DNA of 8,861 bases from an uncultured archaeon (GCA_964426185.1 CAYRPF010000032.1:1-8861), one strand, 5' to 3'; numbered from the stretch's first letter, positions 1 through 7,487 are shown. Numbers and translations are program-made. Notes: generated from the letters alone by a model not told the origin.

Positions 1-78
1 ATCATGCACAAATCAAACAACGTTCTATTCAAATTTCGACTCGATCTTTATTAATATGAGCAATAATTATTATTGATG

Positions 79-102
79 GGTCGTTGGAGAGGTCGTTGGA
101 GA
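79..102. repeat. 12-bp tandem duplication GGTCGTTGGAGA x2
   Basis: Exact copies at 79-90 and 91-102. Confidence 0.9.
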
Positions 103-149
103 GGAGGTGTGATTTCAATTTTCAATTTTACAATGAAATTTAATAATTC

Positions 150-196
150 AAAAAAATTTTCAAAATAATGCTTAGAGAGAGGGGAAAAGGTGAAGA
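150..196 (-). terminator. Possible pyrimidine-rich/oligo-T terminator of the Nudix gene
   Basis: After the stop, the minus strand reads TCTTCACCTTTTCCCCTCTCT, then a T7 run (A7 at 150-156 on +). No GC-rich hairpin is visible. Confidence 0.35.
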
Positions 197-790
197 TCAT
201 ACACGTGAGAGCCGGACTCCACGGATAAATGCCCAAACATCCAAAGCCACCGAAAATCGGTCTTGATTCAATGTTGAAATCCATGATAACAGTTGTAGAG
301 GTGTTTTCCAAAATTTCTGAATATCTTCAGTGGATTCCATCTCTGTTTCCCCTACTGCATTTTCATCTACAACCATCTCAACCCAATATGATGTTTCATC
401 AGATAATCCAGCACTTTTTGGAAATGGACCCATAATGTTCAAAATTTCGCCTGAATATCCGGTTTCCTCTTTTAATTCTCGAAAAGCAGCCTGAACAGGA
501 GTTTCACCATTGTCGATTAAACCAGCGGGAAAGCTAATTTCAATTTTGTCAATGGTGAGCCGCGGTTGGCTGACAAAGAGAAAACGCCCATATTTTCGTG
601 AACGGCATATTATAGTTACTACTCCATGAAATCGATTACGACATACATATTCCCAAGACTGTTGATTCTTGTTTTTGTCCAAATAACTTATTTCTTTTAG
701 GCATAACCATTTTGTAGTAAATATTTCTTTCCGATTCAATACCTTCATTAGATTAAATTTTGGGTGAGGATACCTAAATGCTTTGAGCAT
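197..790 (-). CDS. Nudix hydrolase, ADP-ribose pyrophosphatase (NUDT5/Ysa1/NudF-like)
   Basis: Perfect Nudix box GLIDNGETPVQAAFRELKEETGY (GX5EX7REUXEEXGU), preceded by SQPR...ISFPAG. The N-terminal KWLCLKEISYLD...SWEYVCR segment resembles ADP-sugar pyrophosphatases. The true start may be the in-frame ATG at 748 (MKVLNRK). Confidence 0.9.
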   Translation of the reverse strand: MLKAFRYPHPKFNLMKVLNRKEIFTTKWLCLKEISYLDKNKNQQSWEYVCRNRFHGVVTIICRSRKYGRFLFVSQPRLTIDKIEISFPAGLIDNGETPVQAAFRELKEETGYSGEILNIMGPFPKSAGLSDETSYWVEMVVDENAVGETEMESTEDIQKFWKTPLQLLSWISTLNQDRFSVALDVWAFIRGVRLSRV

Positions 791-839
791 TTAGAAATAT
801 ATATTACATTCTTTTCAGAGAAAATTATTGTTCATATCG

Positions 840-850
840 GTTATCTTAGT
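840..850. repeat. Left copy of 11-bp direct repeat GTTATCTTAGT (partner at 2390-2400)
   Basis: Exact match to 2390-2400; lies 7 bp past the ATPase stop codon. Confidence 0.6.
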
Positions 851-857
851 TTTTTGA

Positions 858-2306
858 TCATTCTTTAATTTCTTTAAGTATTTTTTCTTTGTCAGCTGAA
901 AGAAAATACTTAATTACAGGAATAACTACTATCGATTTCTCTTTTACTTCTTTACTTTCTTTACTTCCTTTACTTCCTTTACTTTGTTTACTTTGCTTAC
1001 TTTGCTTACTTTGCTTACTATGCTTACTATGCTTACTTTGTTTACGATTATAACTCTTATTATGATTATTATCTGCTTGTGTTTGCGGAATCTTAATTAT
1101 TTTATTTTCTTTCCAAGAAATAATATAGCCTTGGTCGATTTTAAATTGCTTCATAAATTTCATAAGTCCTTTTGTTTGAATTTTTCCAAATTTTACTTCA
1201 ATAGGATATAATTCTTTATTATCACCAACTAAAATTGCATCTACTTCATTTTGCTGAGAATTTCGCCAAAAAAAGTCCACTCCTAATAGTTTTATAACCG
1301 CCCATTCAAATATCTTTGACTTAGAGAGAACATCATTTTTGAATACAAGATCAACTGACACAATGCTTGGATAATAACGCTTTAGTTTTCGCTCCACTTT
1401 TCGTAAATCACGGGAAAAATTGTATAATTTTTTAATTAAGAATGAATTTTCCAAATAGGTAAGGTATTGGGAAATTGTTTGGCGAGTTTTGCCTAAATCT
1501 ACTGCTATTTTCGCAGGTTGAATAATTTGGCCAGGATTTTGATAAATTAACTTCAATAGGGTTTCTAAAAGAGAAATATCGCGAATATTATATGAATATG
1601 GAATTTCTTTGAAAAGAATTTTTTCCAAAAGGCTTTCTTCTAAATATTTTTTTATTATCTCTTGATCATGAATTCCTACAAGTTCGGGAAATCCTTGAGA
1701 ACGAATAAATTCATTCCATAATCCTTTTAATTCATGCTGATACAAAGAAATTGGAGAAAAATCATCAAAATTCTTTCCTTTAAACTTGATAAATTCTCTA
1801 AATGTCAAAGTATCTATTCTGAATAAGAAAATTCGGCCGGCTAACGTTTCTTTTGATGATTTTTGAATAAATAATGATTCAGAACCAGATAAAATTATTT
1901 TTATATTTGGATAAAGATCATAATACGTTTTTATCTGGTTTTGCCAGTTTCTCATTTTTTGAATTTCATCAAGTACCAATAGAATTCTTTCGCTCTGATA
2001 TTCAATATCTGTTAATTCTTCGAATTGGGCGAGAATTGTTTCCAATTCTTCGTTTTGAAATTCATCAAAAGAGAAATATAAAATATGTCTGTGCGAAAAA
2101 CCACGAGAAATTTCATTTTGAATTATTTTCTTCATTATCATAGTTTTTCCTACGCGACGAAGACCAACAAGGGCAATAATTTGTTTTAAAGGAAGATATT
2201 TCTCAATTTTTGATAGTATTTCTCGATATTTGAAGTCTAAAATAAATTCGAAATGAGTTTTCCACCATGGATTTGCCCTAATCATATACTCTGAAATTTC
2301 TACCAT
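858..2306 (-). CDS. AAA+ superfamily ATPase, COG1373-type (AAA_14 + winged HTH + DUF4143/PD-(D/E)XK-like C-terminus)
   Basis: N-terminal NPWW; Walker A GLRRVGKT; Walker B LLVLDEIQ; ILSGSES; ETLAGR; GFPE; HTH-like IAVDLGKTRQTISQYLTYLENSFLI; C-terminal FWRNSQQNEVDAIL...PIEVK. Confidence 0.9.
   Translation of the reverse strand: MVEISEYMIRANPWWKTHFEFILDFKYREILSKIEKYLPLKQIIALVGLRRVGKTMIMKKIIQNEISRGFSHRHILYFSFDEFQNEELETILAQFEELTDIEYQSERILLVLDEIQKMRNWQNQIKTYYDLYPNIKIILSGSESLFIQKSSKETLAGRIFLFRIDTLTFREFIKFKGKNFDDFSPISLYQHELKGLWNEFIRSQGFPELVGIHDQEIIKKYLEESLLEKILFKEIPYSYNIRDISLLETLLKLIYQNPGQIIQPAKIAVDLGKTRQTISQYLTYLENSFLIKKLYNFSRDLRKVERKLKRYYPSIVSVDLVFKNDVLSKSKIFEWAVIKLLGVDFFWRNSQQNEVDAILVGDNKELYPIEVKFGKIQTKGLMKFMKQFKIDQGYIISWKENKIIKIPQTQADNNHNKSYNRKQSKHSKHSKQSKQSKQSKQSKGSKGSKESKEVKEKSIVVIPVIKYFLSADKEKILKEIKE
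952..1045. repeat. In-frame 9-bp tandem repeat (~10 units, TTACTNNNY on +) encoding (SKH)2(SKQ)4(SKG)2(SKE)2 in the ATPase
   Basis: TTACT recurs every 9 bp at 952, 961, 970, 979, 988, 997, 1006, 1015, 1024 and 1033, with a partial copy at 1042. Confidence 0.95.
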
Positions 2307-2323
2307 TTTTTATATTCCCAACC

Positions 2324-2376
2324 ATGTTATAGGTGATTAACATTATTTATAGTTTTGTGTTATTCATAATTAACAT
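2324..2376 (-). promoter_or_regulatory. Two TGTTA-N8-TAACA palindromes flanking a TATA-like box upstream of the ATPase
   Basis: TGTTATAGGTGATTAACAT (2325-2343) and TGTTATTCATAATTAACAT (2358-2376) start 33 bp apart. Between them the minus strand reads CTATAAATAA (2343-2352). Confidence 0.6.
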
Positions 2377-2389
2377 AAAATGAAGATTT

Positions 2390-2400
2390 GTTATCTTAGT
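2390..2400. repeat. Right copy of 11-bp direct repeat GTTATCTTAGT (partner at 840-850)
   Basis: Exact match to 840-850; lies just upstream of the ATPase promoter region. Confidence 0.6.
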
Positions 2401-2567
2401 GGATGAAAAATATTTTGATTTCTAAATTTTAAGAAGTTTCAAATCAATTCCTAATCGAATAAACTTTCCTAATTAAACCTAAAATTCCGAATGAAATGAA
2501 AATAAAGCTTCAATCTTTCTTAAAACAGAATTTTACTTGTTGAAACGGGAAAAAATCGCATTAAATT

Positions 2568-2587
2568 TATTTAAGTAAACTTAAATA
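2568..2587 (+). promoter_or_regulatory. Putative MarR operator, perfect 9-2-9 palindrome TATTTAAGT-AA-ACTTAAATA
   Basis: Perfect inverted repeat just upstream of marR, overlapping TATA-like TTTATTTA/CTTAAATA. A degenerate second copy (ATATTAAGT-GA-AATTAAAAT) lies at 2585-2604. Confidence 0.7.
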
Positions 2588-2612
2588 TTAAGTGAAATTA
2601 AAATTTTTAATA

Positions 2613-3062
2613 ATGGATCAAGTTACTGATTTGCTTCAAAAATGGTTAGAAAATGTAATGCGATTATCCATGCAGAACTTCATTCTTTTTTCCAAAGAAA
2701 AAAATCTCTCCATGTCTCAAATAGGTGCTTTAATGTTTATTCACCGGCAATTTGAATGCGGAATATCTAATATAGGAGAAAAATTAGGAATTTCAAATGC
2801 AGCGGCCAGTCAAATGCTTGATAGATTGGTAAAATTGGGTTTAATCAGCAGGCAAGAGGATCCCAAAGATCGCCGGGGAAAAATTTTGACTTTAACCAGA
2901 AAAGGAAACCAAATTCTACAAGAATCCATAAAAATCCGTCAAAACTGGCAGAATGAACTCATGTGCTTATTAGATAATGAAGAGAAAAAAAAAATCAAAG
3001 AAGCTCTTAAAATCTTGATCCAGAAAACTAACGATTTTTTGCTTTCAAACAAAGAAAAATAA
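2613..3062 (+). CDS. MarR-family transcriptional regulator
   Basis: ~150 aa. LSMSQIGALMFI...ISNIGEKLGISNAAASQMLDRLVKLGLISRQEDPKDRRGKILTLTRKG is a MarR winged helix with the DxR wing motif. ATG 2613 is preferred over GTG 2592, which falls inside the operator region. Confidence 0.95.
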   Translation: MDQVTDLLQKWLENVMRLSMQNFILFSKEKNLSMSQIGALMFIHRQFECGISNIGEKLGISNAAASQMLDRLVKLGLISRQEDPKDRRGKILTLTRKGNQILQESIKIRQNWQNELMCLLDNEEKKKIKEALKILIQKTNDFLLSNKEK

Positions 3063-3078
3063 ACAAAAAATCCAAATT

Positions 3079-5361
3079 TTGAACGAAGAGAGACCAACAA
3101 AAATGGTGCACTTAACTAAATATACAAAACCCTATCTACCGATGATTTTGCTTGCAGTAGTACTACTTTTTGCACAGGCAAATTTTGATCTAGCCCTCCC
3201 CGATTATTTTTCCCGTATCGTAAACGTGGGAATTCAGCAAAATGGGATAGAAGATGCAGTTCCAATTACAATTCGTGAAAGCCAAATGAATCGGACTTTT
3301 CTCTTTATGAGTGAAGAAAACAAATCGCTGATATTAAACACGTATGATCTAAAATCAAATGAATCTGATGATTTTTTAGATCTTGTGGATAAATTTCCTA
3401 TACTTAGGAATGAAACTCTTTATATTCTTAATCAAGAAAAAGACAATGACACGGTTCATGAGCAAATAAATGAAGTATTATCGAGTGCTTTATTAGTTGT
3501 TTTTACCCTAGAACAGTTTCAATCAAATTCATCAGATTTTCAAAATTTAAATCAAAATTCCAACTTCTCCTTGGGATTTAATATGTCCATGATTCCACCA
3601 GGTATGGATCTTTTTAATTTTTTGAGTTTACTTCCACAAACGCAATTGTTGGAAATCAGAACCAGTATCAACCAACGTTTGCTTGCATTAGATGAAAACA
3701 TGTTGACTCAAGCTGCTGTATTCGCAGTAAAGGCAGAATATGAACAAATTGGAATAAACACAGAGAAAATTCAATTGAATTATATCTTTCGTGTTGGAGG
3801 ATTGATGCTTCTATTAACATTATTATCAGCTATTTGTACCATTATTGTTGGTTATTTATCAGCAAAAACCGCAGCAGGATTGGCAAAAGATTTAAGACAC
3901 GATGTTTTCGAAAAGGTGGAGTATTTTGCAAATGCAGAATTTGACCGATTTTCAACAGCCTCCTTAATTACTCGAACTACTAATGATATTACTCAAATCC
4001 AATTAGTCGTAATTATGATCATACGTTTAGTAGTTTATGCACCCATCTTGGGAATAGGGGGAATTATTCGAGCTTTTTCCAAAGATGCTTCCATGTGGTG
4101 GATAATTGCCATTGCAGTTGGTTTTTTAATAAGTTTGATACTTATTATAATAAAAATTGCACTGCCCAAATTCAAAAGTATTCAGAACTTAGTGGATCGG
4201 CTCAATTTGGTAGCCAGAGAGAATTTATCTGGTATTATGGTAATTCGTGCCTTTAATATGCAAAAATTCGAAGAAAAACGCTTTGATAAAGCTAATGCTG
4301 ATTTAACAGGAGTAAGTCTATATATTAACCGAGTTTTGGTGGTATTGATGCCAGTAATGATGTTTACCATGAATACTTTGGCTGCAACTATTATTTGGGT
4401 AGGATCTCATCGTGTAGCGGATGCAAATATGCAAATTGGTGATATGATGGCTTTTATGCAGTACGCAATCCAAATTGCCATGGCATTCTTAATGCTTTCC
4501 ATGATGTTTATCCTTCTACCCCGAGCTTCGGTTTCAGCCAACAGAATTGCGGAAGTCCTGGCTGTTGATCCATCAATAAAAGATCCGTCACAACCAATAA
4601 CATGGAATGAAAATTTTCAAGGTGTTGTAGAATTCGATAATGTTTCTTTCAAATATCCTGGTGGAGAAGCCAATGCTGTGGAAAATATTTCATTTACTGC
4701 CTATCCGGGAAAAACTACCGCCTTTATTGGAGCAACTGGTTCAGGAAAATCCACCTTGCTCAATTTGTTACTACGATTTTACGATGTATCTGAAGGTGCA
4801 ATTCGAATTGATGGAATTGATATTCGAAATGTTTCTCAGCACGCACTACGTGAGAAAATTGGTTATGTCCCGCAAAAAAATGTGTTGTTTTCTGGGACAA
4901 TTAAAAGTAATCTTCAATACGCCAACGCGAATGCTGATAACGAATTACTCACCCAAGCCATCCAAATCGCCCAAGCTGAAGAATTTGTAGAACAACTCCC
5001 GGAAAAATTGGAATATCCCATAGCACAAGGCGGTCAAAATGTTTCTGGTGGGCAGAAGCAACGATTGGCTATTGCTCGAGCCTTAGTTAAACAGGCACCG
5101 ATTAATATTTTGGATGATAGCTCTTCTGCTTTAGATTTTAAAACCGACGCCGCCTTACGACAATCTTTACGAGAAGAAATGAAAAATACAACCCTTTTAT
5201 TAGTAACGCAAAGAGTGGCAACAGTGATGAATGCCGATCAAATCATCGTGTTGGAAGATGGTTATTTAGTCGGAAAAGGAACACATCAAGAATTATTAGA
5301 AAAATGTGATGTCTATAAAGAGATCGCTTTATCGCAATTAGCTATGGAGGAATTACAATGA
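3079..5361 (+). CDS. Heterodimeric ABC exporter subunit A (TMD-NBD; TM287/EfrA-like) with a large extracellular insertion
   Basis: Six-TM exporter domain; Walker A GATGSGKST; Q-loop GYVPQ; signature VSGGQ; degenerate Walker B ILDDSSSALD and switch VTQR. Start is TTG 3079 or in-frame ATG 3103. Confidence 0.95.
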   Translation: MNEERPTKMVHLTKYTKPYLPMILLAVVLLFAQANFDLALPDYFSRIVNVGIQQNGIEDAVPITIRESQMNRTFLFMSEENKSLILNTYDLKSNESDDFLDLVDKFPILRNETLYILNQEKDNDTVHEQINEVLSSALLVVFTLEQFQSNSSDFQNLNQNSNFSLGFNMSMIPPGMDLFNFLSLLPQTQLLEIRTSINQRLLALDENMLTQAAVFAVKAEYEQIGINTEKIQLNYIFRVGGLMLLLTLLSAICTIIVGYLSAKTAAGLAKDLRHDVFEKVEYFANAEFDRFSTASLITRTTNDITQIQLVVIMIIRLVVYAPILGIGGIIRAFSKDASMWWIIAIAVGFLISLILIIIKIALPKFKSIQNLVDRLNLVARENLSGIMVIRAFNMQKFEEKRFDKANADLTGVSLYINRVLVVLMPVMMFTMNTLAATIIWVGSHRVADANMQIGDMMAFMQYAIQIAMAFLMLSMMFILLPRASVSANRIAEVLAVDPSIKDPSQPITWNENFQGVVEFDNVSFKYPGGEANAVENISFTAYPGKTTAFIGATGSGKSTLLNLLLRFYDVSEGAIRIDGIDIRNVSQHALREKIGYVPQKNVLFSGTIKSNLQYANANADNELLTQAIQIAQAEEFVEQLPEKLEYPIAQGGQNVSGGQKQRLAIARALVKQAPINILDDSSSALDFKTDAALRQSLREEMKNTTLLLVTQRVATVMNADQIIVLEDGYLVGKGTHQELLEKCDVYKEIALSQLAMEELQ
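5346..5351 (+). promoter_or_regulatory. Shine-Dalgarno GGAGGA before ABC subunit B; ATGA start/stop overlap (translational coupling)
   Basis: GGAGGA ends 6 nt before ATG 5358, which overlaps the TGA (5359-5361) of subunit A. Confidence 0.7.
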
Positions 5362-7265
5362 TGCGCAATAATTCTAGTTCAAACTCCCCAAAAACGGGGA
5401 AATATTCTCAAAACGAAAGAAAAGGTCCGCCAGGAATCCGAAGTAGACAACATGCAATGATGATGGCAGGCGATAAACCTCGTAATTTTAAACAAACGAT
5501 GGTCAATCTTGGTCAATATATGAAGGAATTTCGAGTTCAGATCATAATTGTTATTCTGTTTGCGGTTCTTTCGACTACTGCCAGTATTGTTGGACCTAAA
5601 ATCTTAGGTAAAGCTACTACAACCTTGTTCGAAGGAATTATTGCAAAATTAAACGGAACAGGTTCAATTGACTTCAAATATATTTCTTTGATAATTTTAG
5701 GAACCATAGGATTATACGCAATTTCCATGCTTTTTGCTTATATACAAGGCTGGATTATGGCGAAAGTTTCCACTACTGTGTCCTATAATTTCCGTCGAGA
5801 TATATCTCAGAAAATTAATCGGCTCCCCCTTAAATACTTTGATAATACCACGCAAGGCGAAGTTCTCTCACGGTTAACAAATGATGTAGATACTGTCAAT
5901 CAAACCCTAAGTCAAAGCCTATCACAAATAATTACTTCCGTGGTAACTGTGATTGGTGTTTTAACCATGATGTTTACAATAAATTGGATAATGACCTTAG
6001 CTTCTTTGGTAATAATTCCCTTATCTATTATATTTATAGGATTTATTGTCAAAAAATCCCAAAAATATTTTAAAGAACAACAAGATCAATTGGGGCACGT
6101 AAACGGCCATGTAGAAGAAATGTATGGTGGACATGTGGTTGTTAAAGCATTTAACGGCGAAGAAAAAAGTATTCAGAAATTTAATATCCATAATAACGCA
6201 CTGTACAACGTAGCATGGAAATCACAATTTTTGTCTGGATTGATGATGCCTATAATGCGTTTTATCAGCAATTTGGGTTATGTAGCTGTGGTGATTTTAG
6301 GAGGTTGGCTCGCGGGCACAGGTGCGGTAAGTGTAGGTGATATTCAAGCTTTTATTCAATACGTCCGATCTTTTACTCAACCAATGTCACAATTAGCTAA
6401 TATTTCCAATGTTTTACAGCAGACTGCTGCTGCAGCCGAACGAGTTTTTGAATTTCTTGGAGAAGAAGAAGAAATTCCAGACAATCCAAATCCAACACCA
6501 CTTCCCGAGGTAAAAGGAAATGTAGAATTTCAAAATGTTCATTTCGGTTATAAACCAGATAAGATCGTTATCAAAAATTTCTCCGCTAAGGCCCAACCAG
6601 GTCAAAAAGTGGCGATCGTAGGACCAACCGGTGCAGGAAAAACCACCATGGTAAAACTTTTGATGAGATTTTATGAACTCAACGACGGGGCCATATTAAT
6701 AGAAAATCACAATATTACCGATTTTACCCGGCGTGATTTACGCTCAATCTTTGGAATGGTGCTTCAAGATACTTGGTTGTATAACGGAACAATACTCGAA
6801 AACATCCAGTATGGAAAACCTGACGCCAGTTATGAAGAAGTGATTGAAGCTGCCCAAGCCGCCCATGTTGATCATTTCGTGCACACCCTTCCCGGTGGTT
6901 ATAACATGATGCTCAACGAAGAAACTACAAATATTTCTCAAGGGCAGAAACAACTACTCACAATTGCCAGGGCAATATTAGCCAATCCTAAGATTTTAAT
7001 CCTAGATGAAGCCACATCCTCTGTAGATACTCGAACAGAAATTCTCATTCAAAAAGCAATGGATAAGTTGATGGAAAATCGTACCAGCTTTGTAATTGCA
7101 CACCGATTGTCAACAATTCGAGATGCAGACTTGATTCTTGTAATGCGTGAGGGAGATATTGTGGAGCAAGGCACCCATAAAGAACTGTTACAAAAAGGTG
7201 GATTTTATGCTGAGATATACAATTCTCAATTCGAACATGTACCTTTATTAGCCACTCGAGAATAA
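5358..7265 (+). CDS. Heterodimeric ABC exporter subunit B (TMD-NBD; TM288/EfrB-like)
   Basis: Walker A GPTGAGKTT; GMVLQD; degenerate signature ISQGQ; consensus Walker B ILDEATSSVD; switch AHRL. Confidence 0.95.
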   Translation: MMRNNSSSNSPKTGKYSQNERKGPPGIRSRQHAMMMAGDKPRNFKQTMVNLGQYMKEFRVQIIIVILFAVLSTTASIVGPKILGKATTTLFEGIIAKLNGTGSIDFKYISLIILGTIGLYAISMLFAYIQGWIMAKVSTTVSYNFRRDISQKINRLPLKYFDNTTQGEVLSRLTNDVDTVNQTLSQSLSQIITSVVTVIGVLTMMFTINWIMTLASLVIIPLSIIFIGFIVKKSQKYFKEQQDQLGHVNGHVEEMYGGHVVVKAFNGEEKSIQKFNIHNNALYNVAWKSQFLSGLMMPIMRFISNLGYVAVVILGGWLAGTGAVSVGDIQAFIQYVRSFTQPMSQLANISNVLQQTAAAAERVFEFLGEEEEIPDNPNPTPLPEVKGNVEFQNVHFGYKPDKIVIKNFSAKAQPGQKVAIVGPTGAGKTTMVKLLMRFYELNDGAILIENHNITDFTRRDLRSIFGMVLQDTWLYNGTILENIQYGKPDASYEEVIEAAQAAHVDHFVHTLPGGYNMMLNEETTNISQGQKQLLTIARAILANPKILILDEATSSVDTRTEILIQKAMDKLMENRTSFVIAHRLSTIRDADLILVMREGDIVEQGTHKELLQKGGFYAEIYNSQFEHVPLLATRE

Positions 7266-7290
7266 CCCTCCAATGAAAATTCAATTATTT

Positions 7291-7410
7291 TATTCCCTTT
7301 TTTCACACTTTTCTTCACTTTTCTTCACTTTTTTTGACTTTTTTTGACTTTTCTTCACTTGTTCCCAATTTTTCCCATTTTTCTTACTTTTATTCAAAAT
7401 TTTCCCTTTC
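7291..7410 (+). repeat. 10-bp-period pyrimidine-rich tandem repeat (core TTYTTSACTT); probable terminator region
   Basis: TTTCACACTT, TTCTTCACTT x2, TTTTTGACTT x2, TTCTTCACTT at 7301-7360, with degenerate units on both sides. It starts just after the ABC stop codon. Confidence 0.85.
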
Positions 7411-7449
7411 TCTTTTAACGCTTTTTAAATCACACTTCTCATCAAGATT

Positions 7450-7477
7450 TAGAAATTTTTAATAGAAATTTTTAATA
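7450..7477 (+). promoter_or_regulatory. 13-bp tandem duplication (AGAAATTTTTAAT x2) containing a BRE/TATA-like element
   Basis: Copies at 7451-7463 and 7464-7476. The first TTTTTAATA lies ~24-32 nt upstream of ATG 7488. Confidence 0.5.
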
Positions 7478-7487
7478 TATTACAGCA

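Noticed and set aside
1-76. Possible 3' end of an upstream + strand gene
   Set aside because: All three forward frames are open for 18-25 codons, so no frame or product can be assigned.
100-110. GGAGGTG Shine-Dalgarno-like sequence
   Set aside because: No substantial ORF follows; the ATG at 133 closes after three codons.
51-435. ORFs 51..311 (-) and 229..435 (+)
   Set aside because: They overlap the well-supported Nudix gene and have no recognisable motifs.
984-1211. 75-aa + strand ORF (LTLLTLLTML...) that looks like a membrane or signal peptide
   Set aside because: Antisense shadow of the 9-bp repeat inside the ATPase gene.
1874-2143. 89-aa + strand ORF
   Set aside because: Antisense to the ATPase core, with no independent support.
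5100-5220. Degenerate Walker B (DD) and switch (Q) in ABC subunit A as signs of pseudogenisation or novelty
   Set aside because: This is the established degenerate nucleotide-binding site of heterodimeric exporters such as TM287/TM288.
4182-7284. Short alternative-frame or antisense ORFs within the ABC genes (4182, 4640, 5537, 6414, 6744, 7045)
   Set aside because: Shadows of highly conserved coding sequence.
7301-7360. Repeat arrays as CRISPR
   Set aside because: Units are 9-13 bp, directly adjacent and without spacers, and there are no cas genes.
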